Part shown: one piece after another, positions 51,043 to 64,000 of the stretch
How positions within the stretch are numbered: the first letter of the stretch is position 1
Layout: every line of letters begins with the position of its first letter
Assembly (NCBI GenBank): GCA_013265495.1
Contig: MU061560.1
Coordinates: 558,001-622,000, forward strand
Length of the DNA stretch: 64,000 nt
Reading direction: 5' to 3'
From: Vicugna vicugna
Lineage: Eukaryota
Notes under the pieces: model-generated
What the model was told of the DNA's origin: nothing
Database searches by the model: none
The model's input: the letters and a program-made list of their open reading frames with translations, nothing else
Program-made: the position numbers and the translations under genes

Positions 51043-52745
51043 GTTTTTTAATTGCGATTTAATTGACATGTAACATTATATTAGGTTCAGGCAATAGCAC
51101 AGTGATTTGATATATGTATATATTGGGAAACTATCACTCCCACTAAGTCTAGTTGACATCCATCACCACACATAGTTAAAATTTTTTTCTCATGAGAACT
51201 TTTAAGATTTTCTCTCTTGGTAACTTTCACATATACAATAGTATTATTGTCTGTAGTCACAAGGCTGTAAATTACATCCCCAGGACTTATTTTATAACTA
51301 GAAGTTTGTACATCTGACTGTCTTTACCCATTTTACTTATCCCCACCTCTGGCACACACCAGTCTGTTCTCTGTATTTATGGCTTTATTTTAGTTTGTTT
51401 TGTTTTAGATTCCACAAATAAATGAGATCAGGTGGTATTCGCCTTTCTTTGACTTATTTTACTTAGTATGGGACCCTCAATGTCCATCCATGTTGTTACA
51501 AACAGCAAGATTTCCTTTTTTATGTCTGAATACTATTTCTCTTTTTTTGTATATGTGTACATGCACACACCACATTTTCTTTATCTATCCATTGATGGAC
51601 ACTTACTATTTCCATTTCTTGGCTGTTGGAAATAATGCACCACTGCTCACGGGGGTGCACGTGTCTTTTCAGTTTAGGGTTTTTGTTTCCTTCAGATAAA
51701 TACCCAGAAGCGGAATTGCTGGATCATGTGGTAGCTCTGTTTTCAGTTGTCACTGATCCTTCTGCTTCATGTAGTTTGCTCTGGAACCTCTGTTTTTTAC
51801 TCTCTTGTATTTTCTCTCTGTTGAAATTCTCTCTGTTTATCCATTTTTCTGAGCTTGTTTAGCATTTTTATGCCTTTTTTAACTTTATGAGATATATCAC
51901 TTATCTCCATTTCATGAAGATTTTTTTTCTGAAGTTTTATCTTGTTCTTTTGTTTGAAACATATTTCTTTATTTTCCTTGATTCTCCGTGCTGGTTTGTA
52001 TGCATTAGAATCAGCAGCCGCCTCCACAGGTTTTGAACGAGTGGCCTTTTGTAGGGATAAACCTCATCATTCAGCCCTGCCCTAGATCTTAGTTGTCCAA
52101 ACAGCCTATCTTTTTCTCAGTGGATCCCATTAATTGAGGATATACCAAGAGCTGTCAGCATCCCATGGGGGGAGGATCTTAGCACCCAGCTCAGGCTGAT
52201 TGGACGCTGGATGCTCAGAGAGCAGCTTTTAAGTACATGCAAATACGCTTTTTTAGGGGAAGACTGGGAAGTGGGTGTTTCTCCCTGCTCCCTTTACACG
52301 GTGTCCTGGGAGGCTGGCCACAGTGAGTCTGCGTAAGCTCCCCAGAGCATTCTTAGTTCACTGTGTCTTATGGTTCTCATGGATGCAAGTCCTGTTAGCT
52401 TTCAAAGCTAGATGCTTTGGGGGCCTGTCTCTCAGGTGCAGATCTTAGAAGTTGGGGTGCCAGACGTGGGGCTCAGACCCTTCGCTCTTCAGGGAGAAGC
52501 TGGGTGTTGTGAGTTCCCTCGTGATTGTAGGTCACCGTGCCTGGAATGGGGTTTATGGTGAGATTGTGTCTGAGCCTTTTCTACCTGTTTCCGTGTGGAT
52601 TTTTGTCATTTTCCTGATGTGTAGGAGTTGCTCAGCTAGTTTTTTAGTTTCTTTCAGGGAATTTTTCCATTTTTAGCTGTAAATTCAGTATGTCTGTGGC
52701 AGGATGTGAGTTCGGGATCCTCCTGTGTTGTCATCCTGAGCTGGA
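51043..52745 (-). mobile_element. Internally deleted L1: 5' UTR + start of ORF1 joined to the end of ORF2 + 3' UTR
   Basis: ORF 51797..52027 (EISDISHK...IKMLNKLR) is ORF1-like; 51043-51745 is an L1 3' end; junction at ~51745-51752. Confidence 0.7.
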
Positions 52746-53251
52746 ACAATACGACATGTGAAAAGAAAAAGAATTAGTTGCCTATGTTTAAAAATGGGTG
52801 GATTTAATTGAAAGGCCGACATTTCTGGTTTTTCCTTTAAGCAAATCAGAAAATCTGACCACACTGGACGCCCACTTCCGGCGGTTCTGAAGAAACGCCT
52901 GCTTCAGGCGGGTCAGACTGCATCCAGTTAGCCATGGCTTCCTGTGCTCCCGGTCGCCCTCCATGCTTCCCACTCGCCATCGTACATGTGCCGCTGTGTT
53001 TTATGGTGTGACGAGGGCAATGAAATGTTTTCTATTTGCATGTTTCTATCAGAAGGGGAAAGCTAAAGACTACCTGGGAAATATTCTTATGTTTTTTATA
53101 TTCTTGAGAAACATTCTTATTTTGTGAGATGTGAAAAATAGTCTTATATTTTTAATATGCAAACAAAACGTCAGAAGAATACAATCTGATGTCATCGGTT
53201 TTACCCATTTAGGTTACCTGCGTTGCTTATGTGACAGTTGAGTTTGTAACC

Positions 53252-53670
53252 TCTGTTAGTTTGCTAAAGCTGCCGTAACAAAACCCCACACAGGCGGGTG
53301 GCACGGACACAGCACGTGCACGTCACAGAAGGTGATTTTCTCACAGTGCTGGAGGCTGGAAGTCCGATATCAAGATGTAGGTGGGTCTGGATTCTCCTGA
53401 GGCCTCTCTCCTTGGCTTGCAGATGACTGCCTTCTCTCTTTGTCCTCATGTGTTCGTTCCTCTGTATGTCACATCCCTAATGTCTTTCTGTTTGTGCAAA
53501 TTTTCTCTTTTTATAAGGACACTAGTCAGTTTGGATTACAGCCCCCCCATGACGTTGTTTTAACTTAATTGACTGTCTCCAAATATGGTCACACATATTG
53601 CAGTGGGACTTCTGAGGGAGTTAGAGCTTCAGTATATGAGTTTTGGAGGGATGCAATTCAATCCATAATA
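53252..53670 (-). mobile_element. MaLR solo LTR (MLT1A-like)
   Basis: TTCTCACAGTGCTGGAGGCTGGAAGTCCGATATCAAG...CAATTCAATCCATAA. Confidence 0.88.
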
Positions 53671-53699
53671 ACCTGTCTTAAAAAAACTATATGTAGATA

Positions 53700-56600
53700 C
53701 ATAAAAACGTACAACTAACTGAAAATCAGTAGCCATAAAGGAGGAGACAAAGGTAGATAATTAGAGTAACAAAATGAGGTTAATACAGAATTCAGGAGAG
53801 AAATTTAAAAAGTATTCTTTGTGATATACTTTCTTTAAGAAGGAAGAACAACATGTCATAGTGGGTGGAGGTGATGGGGAACAATAGTCACACTGAAATT
53901 ATTGAAACCTAATTTATGAAATAGAAAAACCACTTGAAGAATTCTCTAAAAAGACAGATCAAAACCATATGTTATGAAATTTATTAGCAGTAAGAGACTC
54001 GATGGTGAGACCTAAGAGAGCAAAAACATCCTTATAGCTGAGAAAGAGCATTTGGAACAGATGGACAAAGAATGATCAAACAAACAATAAGCAGAAGTTC
54101 CCCAGAGTTGATGTAACACATCTTCAGATTTCAGTTGCTGGGTACAAATATTGAAAGAATTGACACACCCTGGTTAAATTTCTGAAATCCAAACAAAAAA
54201 GCCATAATTCTCCAAGTGTCGAAATAGAAGAGGGGAGGAAAAGACAGATTTCCTAAAAGGGAAAGAGAATCAGACTGGCATCAGACTTCCAATCTGCAAC
54301 AGTAAATGTTAGATGGCATGCAGAGATGTTTAAAATTTAGAGTTCCGAGGGGAATTAATTGTGATTTTAAAATTCTGTCTCCATTGACTGTAATCATTCT
54401 TTAAATGGGGTGAAACTTAAACAACTGAGCAACAAGAGAGAACAGAAACATTTTTAATGGCTTCTTCATATCCTATCCAAGATATTGTGAGATAAAATTG
54501 AAATATTACCTGAATTGCTTCCAGAAGATCTCTGCAGTAGCCATTAAAGATTATTTTGAAATTGAAAATACCAAAAAGGTGTAAAGCGTAGTATTATGGG
54601 CACTGTTGTATCTACCTCCCAGTTTAAGAAACAAACTATTAACTACCCAGGTGAATTTCCCTTCTTCCCAGGGAGACAGAGCCAATTTCCTGAATTGGGA
54701 ATTTATCGTGCCATTTTATATATGGTACATAAGTAGATAACCTGAGCAATATATATTATTTTACATGTTTTACACTTACCTGAAGTAAGTGGTGTCAAAT
54801 GGTATATATTCTTCTGCAGTGTGTTTTTACACAGTGGTATATGTGAAATTTGCTCATACGTACACCTACATATTCCTAGTTTGCTCAGTTATACTGTTAG
54901 ATTCCATTATATGAATATATCAAAATTTATTCTCTTGTTGAGGAACATTTAAATGTTTCCCCTTGTCTGCTGTAGCAGTTTTAGTAAGCAACAGTACCAG
55001 TAACATTCCTATAAATGCTTCGTTGTATACATTTGAGAATTCCTCTGTAGTATCAAGAAGTGGAAAGTATATTTATTTTCATTTTTACTTGATATTCCTG
55101 CTTGCTCCTCAAAATGTTTGTAACAATTTACATTTCTACCGGCAGAGTGGAATTTGTTTATGTCTATACTTGTTATTGTCACATTTTAAATTTATGATAC
55201 TTTATTGTGGTATTTTATTATGATATTTTTATTGCATCTCCCTGATTACTGATAAGTTTGAACAGCTTATTTCTTGGCCCTCTGTGGTTCTGTTTTTCTG
55301 TTCTTTTCATATCTCTGTGTGTGATTTTCTATTACTCATCTTTTTCTTATTGATTTGTAGGAGTTGTGTATACATTTTGGTTACTAATTCTTTGTTATGT
55401 GGATCACAAATATTTCCCTCAATTATTTTGTATGAGTAAAAGAACTTTTAATTTTACTACAGTTGAATTATCAGTCTTTTCTGTTTTAAGTTGTACATTT
55501 TGTGTGTTAAGGGATCATTCCCTATCTCAAAGTCATGAAAGTATTCTTATGTTCACTAATGTGTAAAGTCATGTTTTTCCACATTTGTTTATGATTCTTT
55601 AGGAATTTGTGAAATGTATAGTTAGATGGTTTTTAGCATGTCCGTAGAGTTGTGTAAATATCACCATACTCTAATTATATAATATTTTGTCATCCGTAAA
55701 AGAAAGCTTGTATCCATTAGCAGTTGCTCCCCACTCTTCTCTGCCCCCAGGGCTAAGCAGACACTTGATCTACTTTCTTGCCTGTTCTGGACGTTTCATG
55801 TAAACAGAATCAAATAATATGTGGTCTTTTGTGACTGGCTTCTTTCACTTAGCATAATGTTTTTGAGATTCATCCATGTTGTAGTATATATCTGTACTTT
55901 ATTCCTTTCTATGACTGAGTAATATAAAAAAGTTATGTAAGACTAAACATTAGTCTCAGTATTTCAGAGTCGTTTAAATGTCTGTGTTAGGGATTCTGGG
56001 AAGATGACAGCAATGGTAGAATAGTTTCCTAGTCTTTTTATGACTTTCCCATAAAAACAGAACAAGTGGATAGGAAAAACAAAAACAAAAACCCCATAAA
56101 GAATATCTACAAGAAAGTTAGTTGACCATGTTTCTCCACAGACTCTCAAATACTGGTAGTTTGAGGACAGCCCACTAGCAGCTCCAAGACCTGTGTATTA
56201 TTATTATCTACGTAGGAAGAAGAAGGAAGCAATGGAACGTCAAATGAATGTGAGAATCGAAAAATAGCCAGAAGGCAATCACTGGAAAGCTTGGAGGGCC
56301 AGTTTAGGAATACCAGCTGAAACTGGGAGGGGTTTTGCACACACTGATAATGGGTGAGTGAAAGAAGTCTTTTGTATAGTCTTAGGGGACTGAAGTGCCT
56401 TCATGAAACTTTAAAAACCAATCAAAGCTCCCTTCTGGGACGAGTCCTCACATGAGAAGGAACTGAGACTACAATTGAACATCCCCTGAAGAGTACCAGG
56501 GAAGGAGAAGGTCCAGATAAAAGTGGTGGAGAGGAACAGAACCAAGACATCTCAGAAAACAAAGAACTTTATCTTTAAACACTGCATGAAAACAAGAGGG

Positions 56601-59600
56601 AGTTTTAGAGTGTGAAGTTAGGCCAAGCCTCCTCCTAAAAGTTGAGGAAAATGAATTTCATTTTAAATATCAGCAATATGAAATGATTGTTGTCAAAGCT
56701 CATACAAAGTATTTAAAGCAAAGTGGACTCAGAATAACATTCCTATAGAAATGAAAGCACACCAAAAAGACATCCACAAAACAGGTGAAAACCATTAGAT
56801 ATTAAGACAAAAAGTAAGATGAGACACATAATCAGAATAAGACATTTCAAAAAACAAGTTTGCATAAGAAAAAATAAAAAAACTAGGTGGCAGAACTTTT
56901 TGAAGTATTAGAAATGAAACAAAATTTATTTTAGAAATAACAAATTAGGAAGAATACACCAGAGCATATAAATGTAAAAGTTAACACCTTTAAAAGAGGA
57001 GGACATTGAAAATGAGAAGGATTTTTTTAAGAAGGTATAAAAAGGAGGTGTAAAAAGAATTTGATAGAAATTGATGTAGTAGAAAAAGGCAAAGAAAATC
57101 CAACATATGTATAATAGGCATCCCCAAAGAAGAGAAAAATGATAGCAAGGGAACAGAACAGGTATTAAAAATTGCAATTAAAAAAAAAAGCATTGTACTC
57201 AAGGATGACCACAAAAAACTATAATTTAACTGAATTAAAACCAGACTTGGAACTCCATTTTGAAACAGCAGAACACATACCTGAGAACATTGACACAGAA
57301 AGACCAACACTGAGATACAGTCTAATAAAATTACTTATGCAAGCAAAAGTCACAGTCTCCCATAAGGGAAGGAAAATCAGATTTTATACTTTTCAACAGT
57401 AAAAATTTCTAAGAGAAGACATGCTCTTATTGTGAGAGAAGATACAATTTATTATGGAATTCCATATTTAAGATACCCAAGAAAGCATGAGCTGAAGATT
57501 TTACATTTAACCAAACAATTTTCAAGAATACACGTCACAAGCTGTTATCTGTAGCTAGAACTGAAGGGTCTTGTTCCCACTAGCTCTTCCTGAGGAGTCT
57601 GCCGGAGAGCGAGCTTCAGAGAATCAGAACGGCTAGAGAGACATTAACGTAAGGCCTGGCGACGAGCACTACACAAAGGGGGTTAAAAACGAGAAAATAT
57701 GGTCTGTAAAGAGGTGGGAAGGAGAATGAAGGGATCACATTAAAACATTTAACAAACTATTTTTATTAATCATATTGATAATGGAGTAGTATTGGTATTA
57801 TGGTTTGGAGACTGTGTGTAATGTGAAATGAAAAGCAAATGAATGTTTTCTTCTAATTCTGTCATGGACTCTGTCCTTGAGAACCAAGAGCCTCAGTATA
57901 GAAGAATAAAGATAAAGATGACTCAGATTGGGAAATATACATGTGTATGTGTTTGTGTGTGTTTGTGTACGTGTGTTGTGTGGTGGTTGGGCCAAGTGTT
58001 GGTTGGGCCAAGATAGAGAAATAAGTTAAACATTTAACTCCAGGAGTTTTAAAAAGGAATAGATAAATAACCTGTCTTCCCCAGGCGGGTAGGGGAAACA
58101 GTGGGAAGAAATTAACAGTGTTAAAAAAAAAATCACAAAATGAAATCAATAAAATACAGATTTGCCCGAAAAAGTCAACTGGGAAATCTGGTCAGAAACA
58201 TAAAAGACAGATTATTAGAAATGAGAAAAATGAACAGTTTCTAAGAAAATTATAAGTAGTTTCACTTGTAAATTAGAAAATCCAGGAGAATTACTTGGCT
58301 TTTTTATGGATAGGTTTTTTAATCAAACACATAAAGAACAGGAAGTTTCCATGCCGCTTAAATTAGTTCAGAGTACAGAAAAGAAATGATGGAAACACCC
58401 CAATTTACTTGATGAGGGGGTGAACCTGGACTCCAAAACCGAGCAACAGCAGATCTGCCGCATAACCTTTAATCTGACCTTCCGTATCCACCCAACATGA
58501 ACGTTCTGAGGAGCCCTTCTGGACGGCGGGAGTGGGCCCCTGTGTCCTCTGGCTTCTGACTGGATTTAGAAATGGGGAGCCCTGACGGGAATTGGAGGAA
58601 AGGAGGAGACTAAAGCCTGGGTATTCGTTCCCCTGGCTCACTGCCTGTGTGTGAGCCAGGGGAGTAAATGTGAAATTGGTGTTCCATGTTAACTCTTGCA
58701 GCCTTGGGCTGGGCTCTCCCTCTCCTGAAAGCCCTCATCCTTTCGGGGCCTGTGGGCGGGAAGAGCGTCTCTGTCATTACTAACCTGGGGTATTGGAGAG
58801 CGTCTCTGTCATTACTAACCTGGGGTATTGGACTGTCTCTCTGGTGATTCCCTCTGAGTCTTATCCAGCGCTGTGTCAACAGCCTGCTTGTAAATAAACT
58901 CTCCTTTAATTAACCTAGCTTGAGTGGGCCTTCTGCCTGTAGATCCTTTGTGATACAGTAGATGAGTTTAGGGTTTTTGCATTTGTAGAAAATATGAAAT
59001 TAGAAGACGTACTAGTTTTGACTAAGGAAAAATACAATACACAAAAAATACTGTTACAGAAAAACATGAATTACAAAGTTGAGAAAAACAAATTTGTAAA
59101 CGTTTAAAATGTATAATAGAGACTAGGTGTTTATATACTATTTGATTATCAGCTGTTTATTAGTATTTTATCTCTGTAAAATTTTCTGAGTGTGACCATT
59201 GTATTGTGGTTACATAGAAGAATGCCCTTATTCTTAAGAGATATGCCACAGTATTTAGGGATGCAGTGTCATGACATACTAACTTTCAAATGGGACAGCA
59301 AAATAAAAGTGTGTGTAAGAGACATGAAGCAAATGTGTCAAAATGTTAATAATTGGTTAAGTTATATGGTACCTTTGTTAAGGTATATGGGTATTCTCTG
59401 TTAATATTGTAACTCTTGCAGCTTTGAAATTTTCAAAATAAAAATTTTGGGAAAATATTCAAAACAACAAAAAATGAAATACTTATTTGGATAAAGTGCT
59501 TTATGTAAAATACCAGCATTTAAACAAGCAAATCACTGAAGGAGACATACGGAAGGCCCTCAAACGCAGTGATGCTTGACTGAATAATAAGGGAATGCAA

Positions 59601-60200
59601 ATTTAAAAGAACTGTCATTGTTTACCTGTGAAAATAGCAAGATTCAAAAAAGTGATAATGCCCAATCCGGATGAGGAATTGAACAGAAGCATAGTTTGGT
59701 GCCTGCCATCTTGTAATGCACAGCCAGGCAGTATCTGTGAGTGCTTAAAATCTGTATGCTCTTTAATCCCAACAATTTCATTTAATGAATTAATTAAATA
59801 TAAGGAGGTAACAGAATGAGTAGGGTTCTATGTACAAAGTATGTTCACTGCAGCATTGTTAATAGTATACTGCAAGAGCCATTTAAACGTCTATTTAAAT
59901 GTCCAAATTGGGGTTTGGTTTTACATACAGAATACTGTGTAACTATTAAGCATAGATGTTAATATATTAATATGGAATATTCCTGATTGTTACATTAAAA
60001 ATAAAAGCAGTTTAGAGAAAAATACGTAAACTACCCGCTTAAAGAAAAATATCTGTGTATTATGGGCATAATTTTACATATACCTACAACACTAATTGAA
60101 AATACCTAATATATATGTAGGTGTATATATCATATATACACCAATGTTATGTGATTGGGAGTGTATCAAAAGTTAGGTAGGAAAATTATGGGAGAGTGGG
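53700..60200. mobile_element. Mosaic of old L1/HAL1-like fragments on both strands, with an LTR-like piece at ~58440-58960
   Basis: ORF1-like remnants (ATCAGACTGGCATCAGACTTC ~54270; ORF 57172..57402), antisense L1 3' ends at 54550-55925, ORF2-end remnants at 59500-60000. Confidence 0.6.
58763..58832 (+). repeat. Perfect 35-bp tandem duplication
   Basis: GAGCGTCTCTGTCATTACTAACCTGGGGTATTGGA occurs twice. Confidence 0.97.
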
Positions 60201-60417
60201 ACTTTTATATTCTTTCTTTTTTTTTTCTGAGTTACAGATTTTTATTTATCCCATGAAATAACCGCAGATAATGTTACCACGTAACTAGTTGATTTTGCAT
60301 TAGAGTGTATATTCTGTCTTTTTTTTTATTTTAGAGAAATAAAGATCGTATAATAGAAATGTAACTAAACTTTAATTTTAAAAGACTGCGATAATTAAAA
60401 AAAATTTTTTTGTATAG

Positions 60418-60663
<246 letters not shown>

Positions 60664-60917
60664 TAAAAATTCTTCATTTTTGGTTGAATCTTAAAAAGAT
60701 ATGAATTGATTAGGCAGAAATTAGTGGCTGTAGCAAAGCTGGGAGCCTTGTGAGGAAAAGCGGTGTGTGTCTTTTCCCTTGTAAGGAAAGAACAATGTTT
60801 GTTGTTTTTGAGGACAATGAGTAAACTTGTTGGGAATAGTACCTTTTTGGTAATTCAGTTTAGTAACCTGTTGTTAATGCCGTTTAATGGAGGATTTAGT
60901 TATCTCACTAAACAGGA

Positions 60918-61082
60918 ATTTTTTTATTTTTTATTTTTTATTTTTAATTTATTTGGGGAGGGGGTGAGTCTGTTTGTTTGTTTATTTATTTATTTATTTA
61001 TTTTAATGGAGGCGCTGGGGTTTGAACCCAGAACCTTGTGCTTGCTAAGCATGCACTCTACTACTGAGCTATACCCTCCCCC
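60918..61082 (-). mobile_element. Camelid tRNA-derived SINE
   Basis: Reverse-complement copy; CAGGAAT on both flanks. Confidence 0.9.
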
Positions 61083-61385
61083 ACCAGGAATCAGTTATTT
61101 AAAAAAGTTTTTGTGTCTTTTGGAGTGTTTAACCCCTAGTGTTTCAAACTGTGTTTTTACTTTTTCATTTTGTTTTAGGATTTAAATATTTTAGATTCTC
61201 ATTTAAAGATTTTATTTTAAATAAAATTAAAACGATTTAGTTTTTCAGTATAGCAGTGTTATCTCACCTTCCTTTTTCTGATCTTACCATGTGTCTGCTA
61301 ATTTTGAATCTTTGGCCCTTTAATCTAAGATGAATATTATTTCTAAAAAGTTTTTTTTAATTTCTAAAAGAGATTATTATTATAT

Positions 61386-61390
<5 letters not shown>

Positions 61391-61446
<56 letters not shown>
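61391..61446 (+). repeat. (TTA)~18 microsatellite
   Basis: Direct reading. Confidence 0.97.
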
Positions 61447-63929
61447 TACTATCCTTCTCTTGCTAAGGCTTGCCTATAAAGTACATACTGTTTGGTTTTT
61501 TAGATTCTCCCCTCCATAGTAAATGTGGAGTATTAAGATAAGAAAATGTGCATTGTCCTTTATAGCAGTTCTTCTTTGGTTAAACTGAAAGTATTTTAAG
61601 AAATACAGTTTTTATCTCTTAGCAGATTTTAAATTGGTTATTAAATATGAATCTTATATTAGTTACACATTTATCAGTGAGGTTTGCAATGTTTGATGAG
61701 AGTAACATATTTATTAATGTAAAAAGTCCTTTTTAAATATAGTGGCTCAGATTTTCTTATTAAAGTCTGTAAAAATTTTCTAATTATTAAATTACATTTG
61801 TTTGTTTCTTATCCTGCAGAGATCTGTTTTCAGTGCAGTTTCATTCTACATCCTATATTCTAATCTGAGATGGGATGGTAGTGTTGGTGCAGTTGAAGTT
61901 ACTTTAATTTCTGTATCTGATCTTTTCCTTCACTTATTACAGGAGCATTGGTGGTGGTAGCTTGATTTTTTATTTAATTTTTAAAGAGGGAAAAAAAAAA
62001 TCCCTGTCATGAGCATCTGCAATGACTGTGGAAAGTTAATTGCTGAAGCAAGTTAATGAAGTTGTAGGTGTTGACAAGTAATGTTTTGGGTAGACTGCCG
62101 AAGGGTATGTAGGAGCCTTTAAGTTATATCATGTAGCTTCTTGATATATTATTCATCACTTTGCATTTCTGTAATATTTCTTTATTATTGAAATTCTGAG
62201 CCTTGAATTTAATCCTTTTGGACTAACATGTGGTCCAGCCTCAAACTTACAGAATTTAACACTTAAAAAATTTCATTCCCACTAATATCAAATTTACCAA
62301 ATTCCTTAAACTAAGACCTTAAGAAACTGTATGGTGTTAATTGTCTCTTTTAACTCTTCATATTCTTAAGTTACTTTGAAAAGGGGAGATGAAATCCTGT
62401 CTCTCAAACTATTTGCAGATGTGGGCAGTGTTTCTAGAAAGGATATTCGTTTTAGCTATAGAAGTGTCAATTTCTTCTATCTCTCTGCTTGTACGTCCAT
62501 TATATTTTGTTGATGTCTCTTCTTGGTGGTTGGTCAGTAAATCTGCATATCTTTACCTATATATATTTTTTCCAAGCTTAGTGCATATTTTTTATGTAAA
62601 AAAACGTAAAACCTCACTTAAAATGACAACTCAGCCACCAGGAACACAAAATAGATTTCATAAAGTTTGAGTGCTAAATACCATGTATCTTATTGATAAC
62701 TAGGAGCGTTCTTTAGTTTCTCATCAGCGGCTTTTTATCCTTAGTGTGAACAGTTCTACCTTGTCGTAAGTCATTCCATCCCAAAGGAAATCAGAAACAC
62801 TGAATCAGTAAACATTTAGTTATTTAGCCAGACGAGTATGAGTTACCTGACAGCCTGACAACCGGAGAGGAGAAAGGGAGGAAAACAAAGACAAGAAATT
62901 TTTAAAAAAAGAAAACAAAATCAGTCTCTAACCATTTTGTATAGGGATTTATAGCGTCAAAGGGCTTTGTTATGTAGCAGAGGCCCAAGTTACCGATAAT
63001 AGGTTAGTTTAAGAGCAGTGGATTCTAACATGACACAGAGCAGTATAATCCATCTTAGATATAGGTCCATCAGAACTGCCTAAAATAAAATATTTTAATA
63101 GGTAATATGTATAGTTCTCAGGAAAATTTATTTATCATGAGATCCTTTATTCTGCCAACTACATAGGATAATTGAGGTATCAGTACAGAGATTTATACTA
63201 TTTCTCATCTTGCCCCCCTCCAACTTCTGCCAGTGTAAAAGAATTTTTTGATACAATTTTATTAAAAACAAAATCAAACTGTTTTCAAGTCGGATGGTGG
63301 TTTAGTTTGAACTTTGAACTCTGTGATTGTCTTTCATATATTTGTAAGAAATTAATCAGGTTTTTCTCAGATCTCCTTTTAGATAAAATCCCAAAGTAGC
63401 ATGCTGATTAAAAATCAAAATTTGTTTCTGTGGTGTTTTGTTAAATTCAACATATATTTCAAAGAAAATAATCCCTTATGAAGCTCAGTCTTAGCAAGTA
63501 AGGTAAATACTTGTATATATTTACTTTTAAGATTTTGAAAGATATGTTTGATATGTTTTGTAGTCTTTTTTACTGTAATTTATCTTTTCCCATAGTTAGT
63601 TATCAAATACCTAAAGTGAGTTTTTGAATAGTAAATTCATTTTAATCCATTTGTGTTAGAATTAGAAACCAGAGATAATATAATCAGTTGTAATGGAAAA
63701 TAAACATAAATTATGGCACACTATATACTTTGTTTATGTCCCTTAAAATATTATATACATCCCTCTAATTACTTGTAATGGAAATTATGTAGTTGTAAAT
63801 TTTGAATAATTTAATACCATGTGCATTTGAAATGTTCAAATTTTTGCACATTTGAGTTTTTAGGAAGAGTTGAAATACTAGGGATAAGCACTAAACTTAT
63901 CATTCTGTGCTGTTTCTCTTTAACTACAG

Positions 63930-63968
63930 ACCCTGCTACATGGAAAAACTCAAGACACCTTTCTAAAG
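63930..63968 (+). CDS. DNM1L: DNM1L alternative 39-nt cassette exon (GTPase-domain insert): (D)PATWKNSRHLSK(G)
   Basis: CTACAG acceptor, AAG|GTTTCC donor, symmetric phase 1-1; the translation matches the known brain-enriched Drp1 insert DPATWKNSRHLSK. Confidence 0.93.
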
Positions 63969-64000
63969 GTTTCCTTTATCCATTTGTTTTTGGCCCTTCT

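Overview
Mammalian nuclear genomic DNA, most likely a camelid (alpaca/camel), judged from about 17 copies of a tRNA-derived SINE with the camelid Vic-1-type head GGGGAGGGTATAGCTCAAGTGGTAGAG...GGTTCAATCCCCAG. The window holds two genes on the + strand. (1) The last six coding exons of FGD4 (frabin: end of PH1, FYVE, PH2; stop at 9487-9489) and a long, almost repeat-free 3' UTR to about 14.75 kb. (2) After a ~28 kb repeat-rich intergenic stretch, the CpG-island promoter and first coding exons of DNM1L (Drp1): exon 1 at 43204-43305, exon 2 at 60487-60634 and the 39-nt alternative GTPase-loop exon at 63930-63968. All exon boundaries are AG/GT and frame-consistent. The rest is L1, L2, MIR, MaLR LTRs, DNA-transposon MITEs, SINEs, microsatellites and four assembly gaps. 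I see no evidence of a new gene or biological system. The most interesting signals are an apparent ~315-bp gene-conversion tract between two neighbouring inverted L1s, the apparent loss of a rodent-type alternative Drp1 donor, candidate poison exons in DNM1L intron 2, clustered miRNA seed sites in the FGD4 3' UTR, and several unusual retro-insertion structures. Repeat family names come from recalled consensus sequences, and repeat boundaries are approximate unless a target-site duplication (TSD) is quoted.
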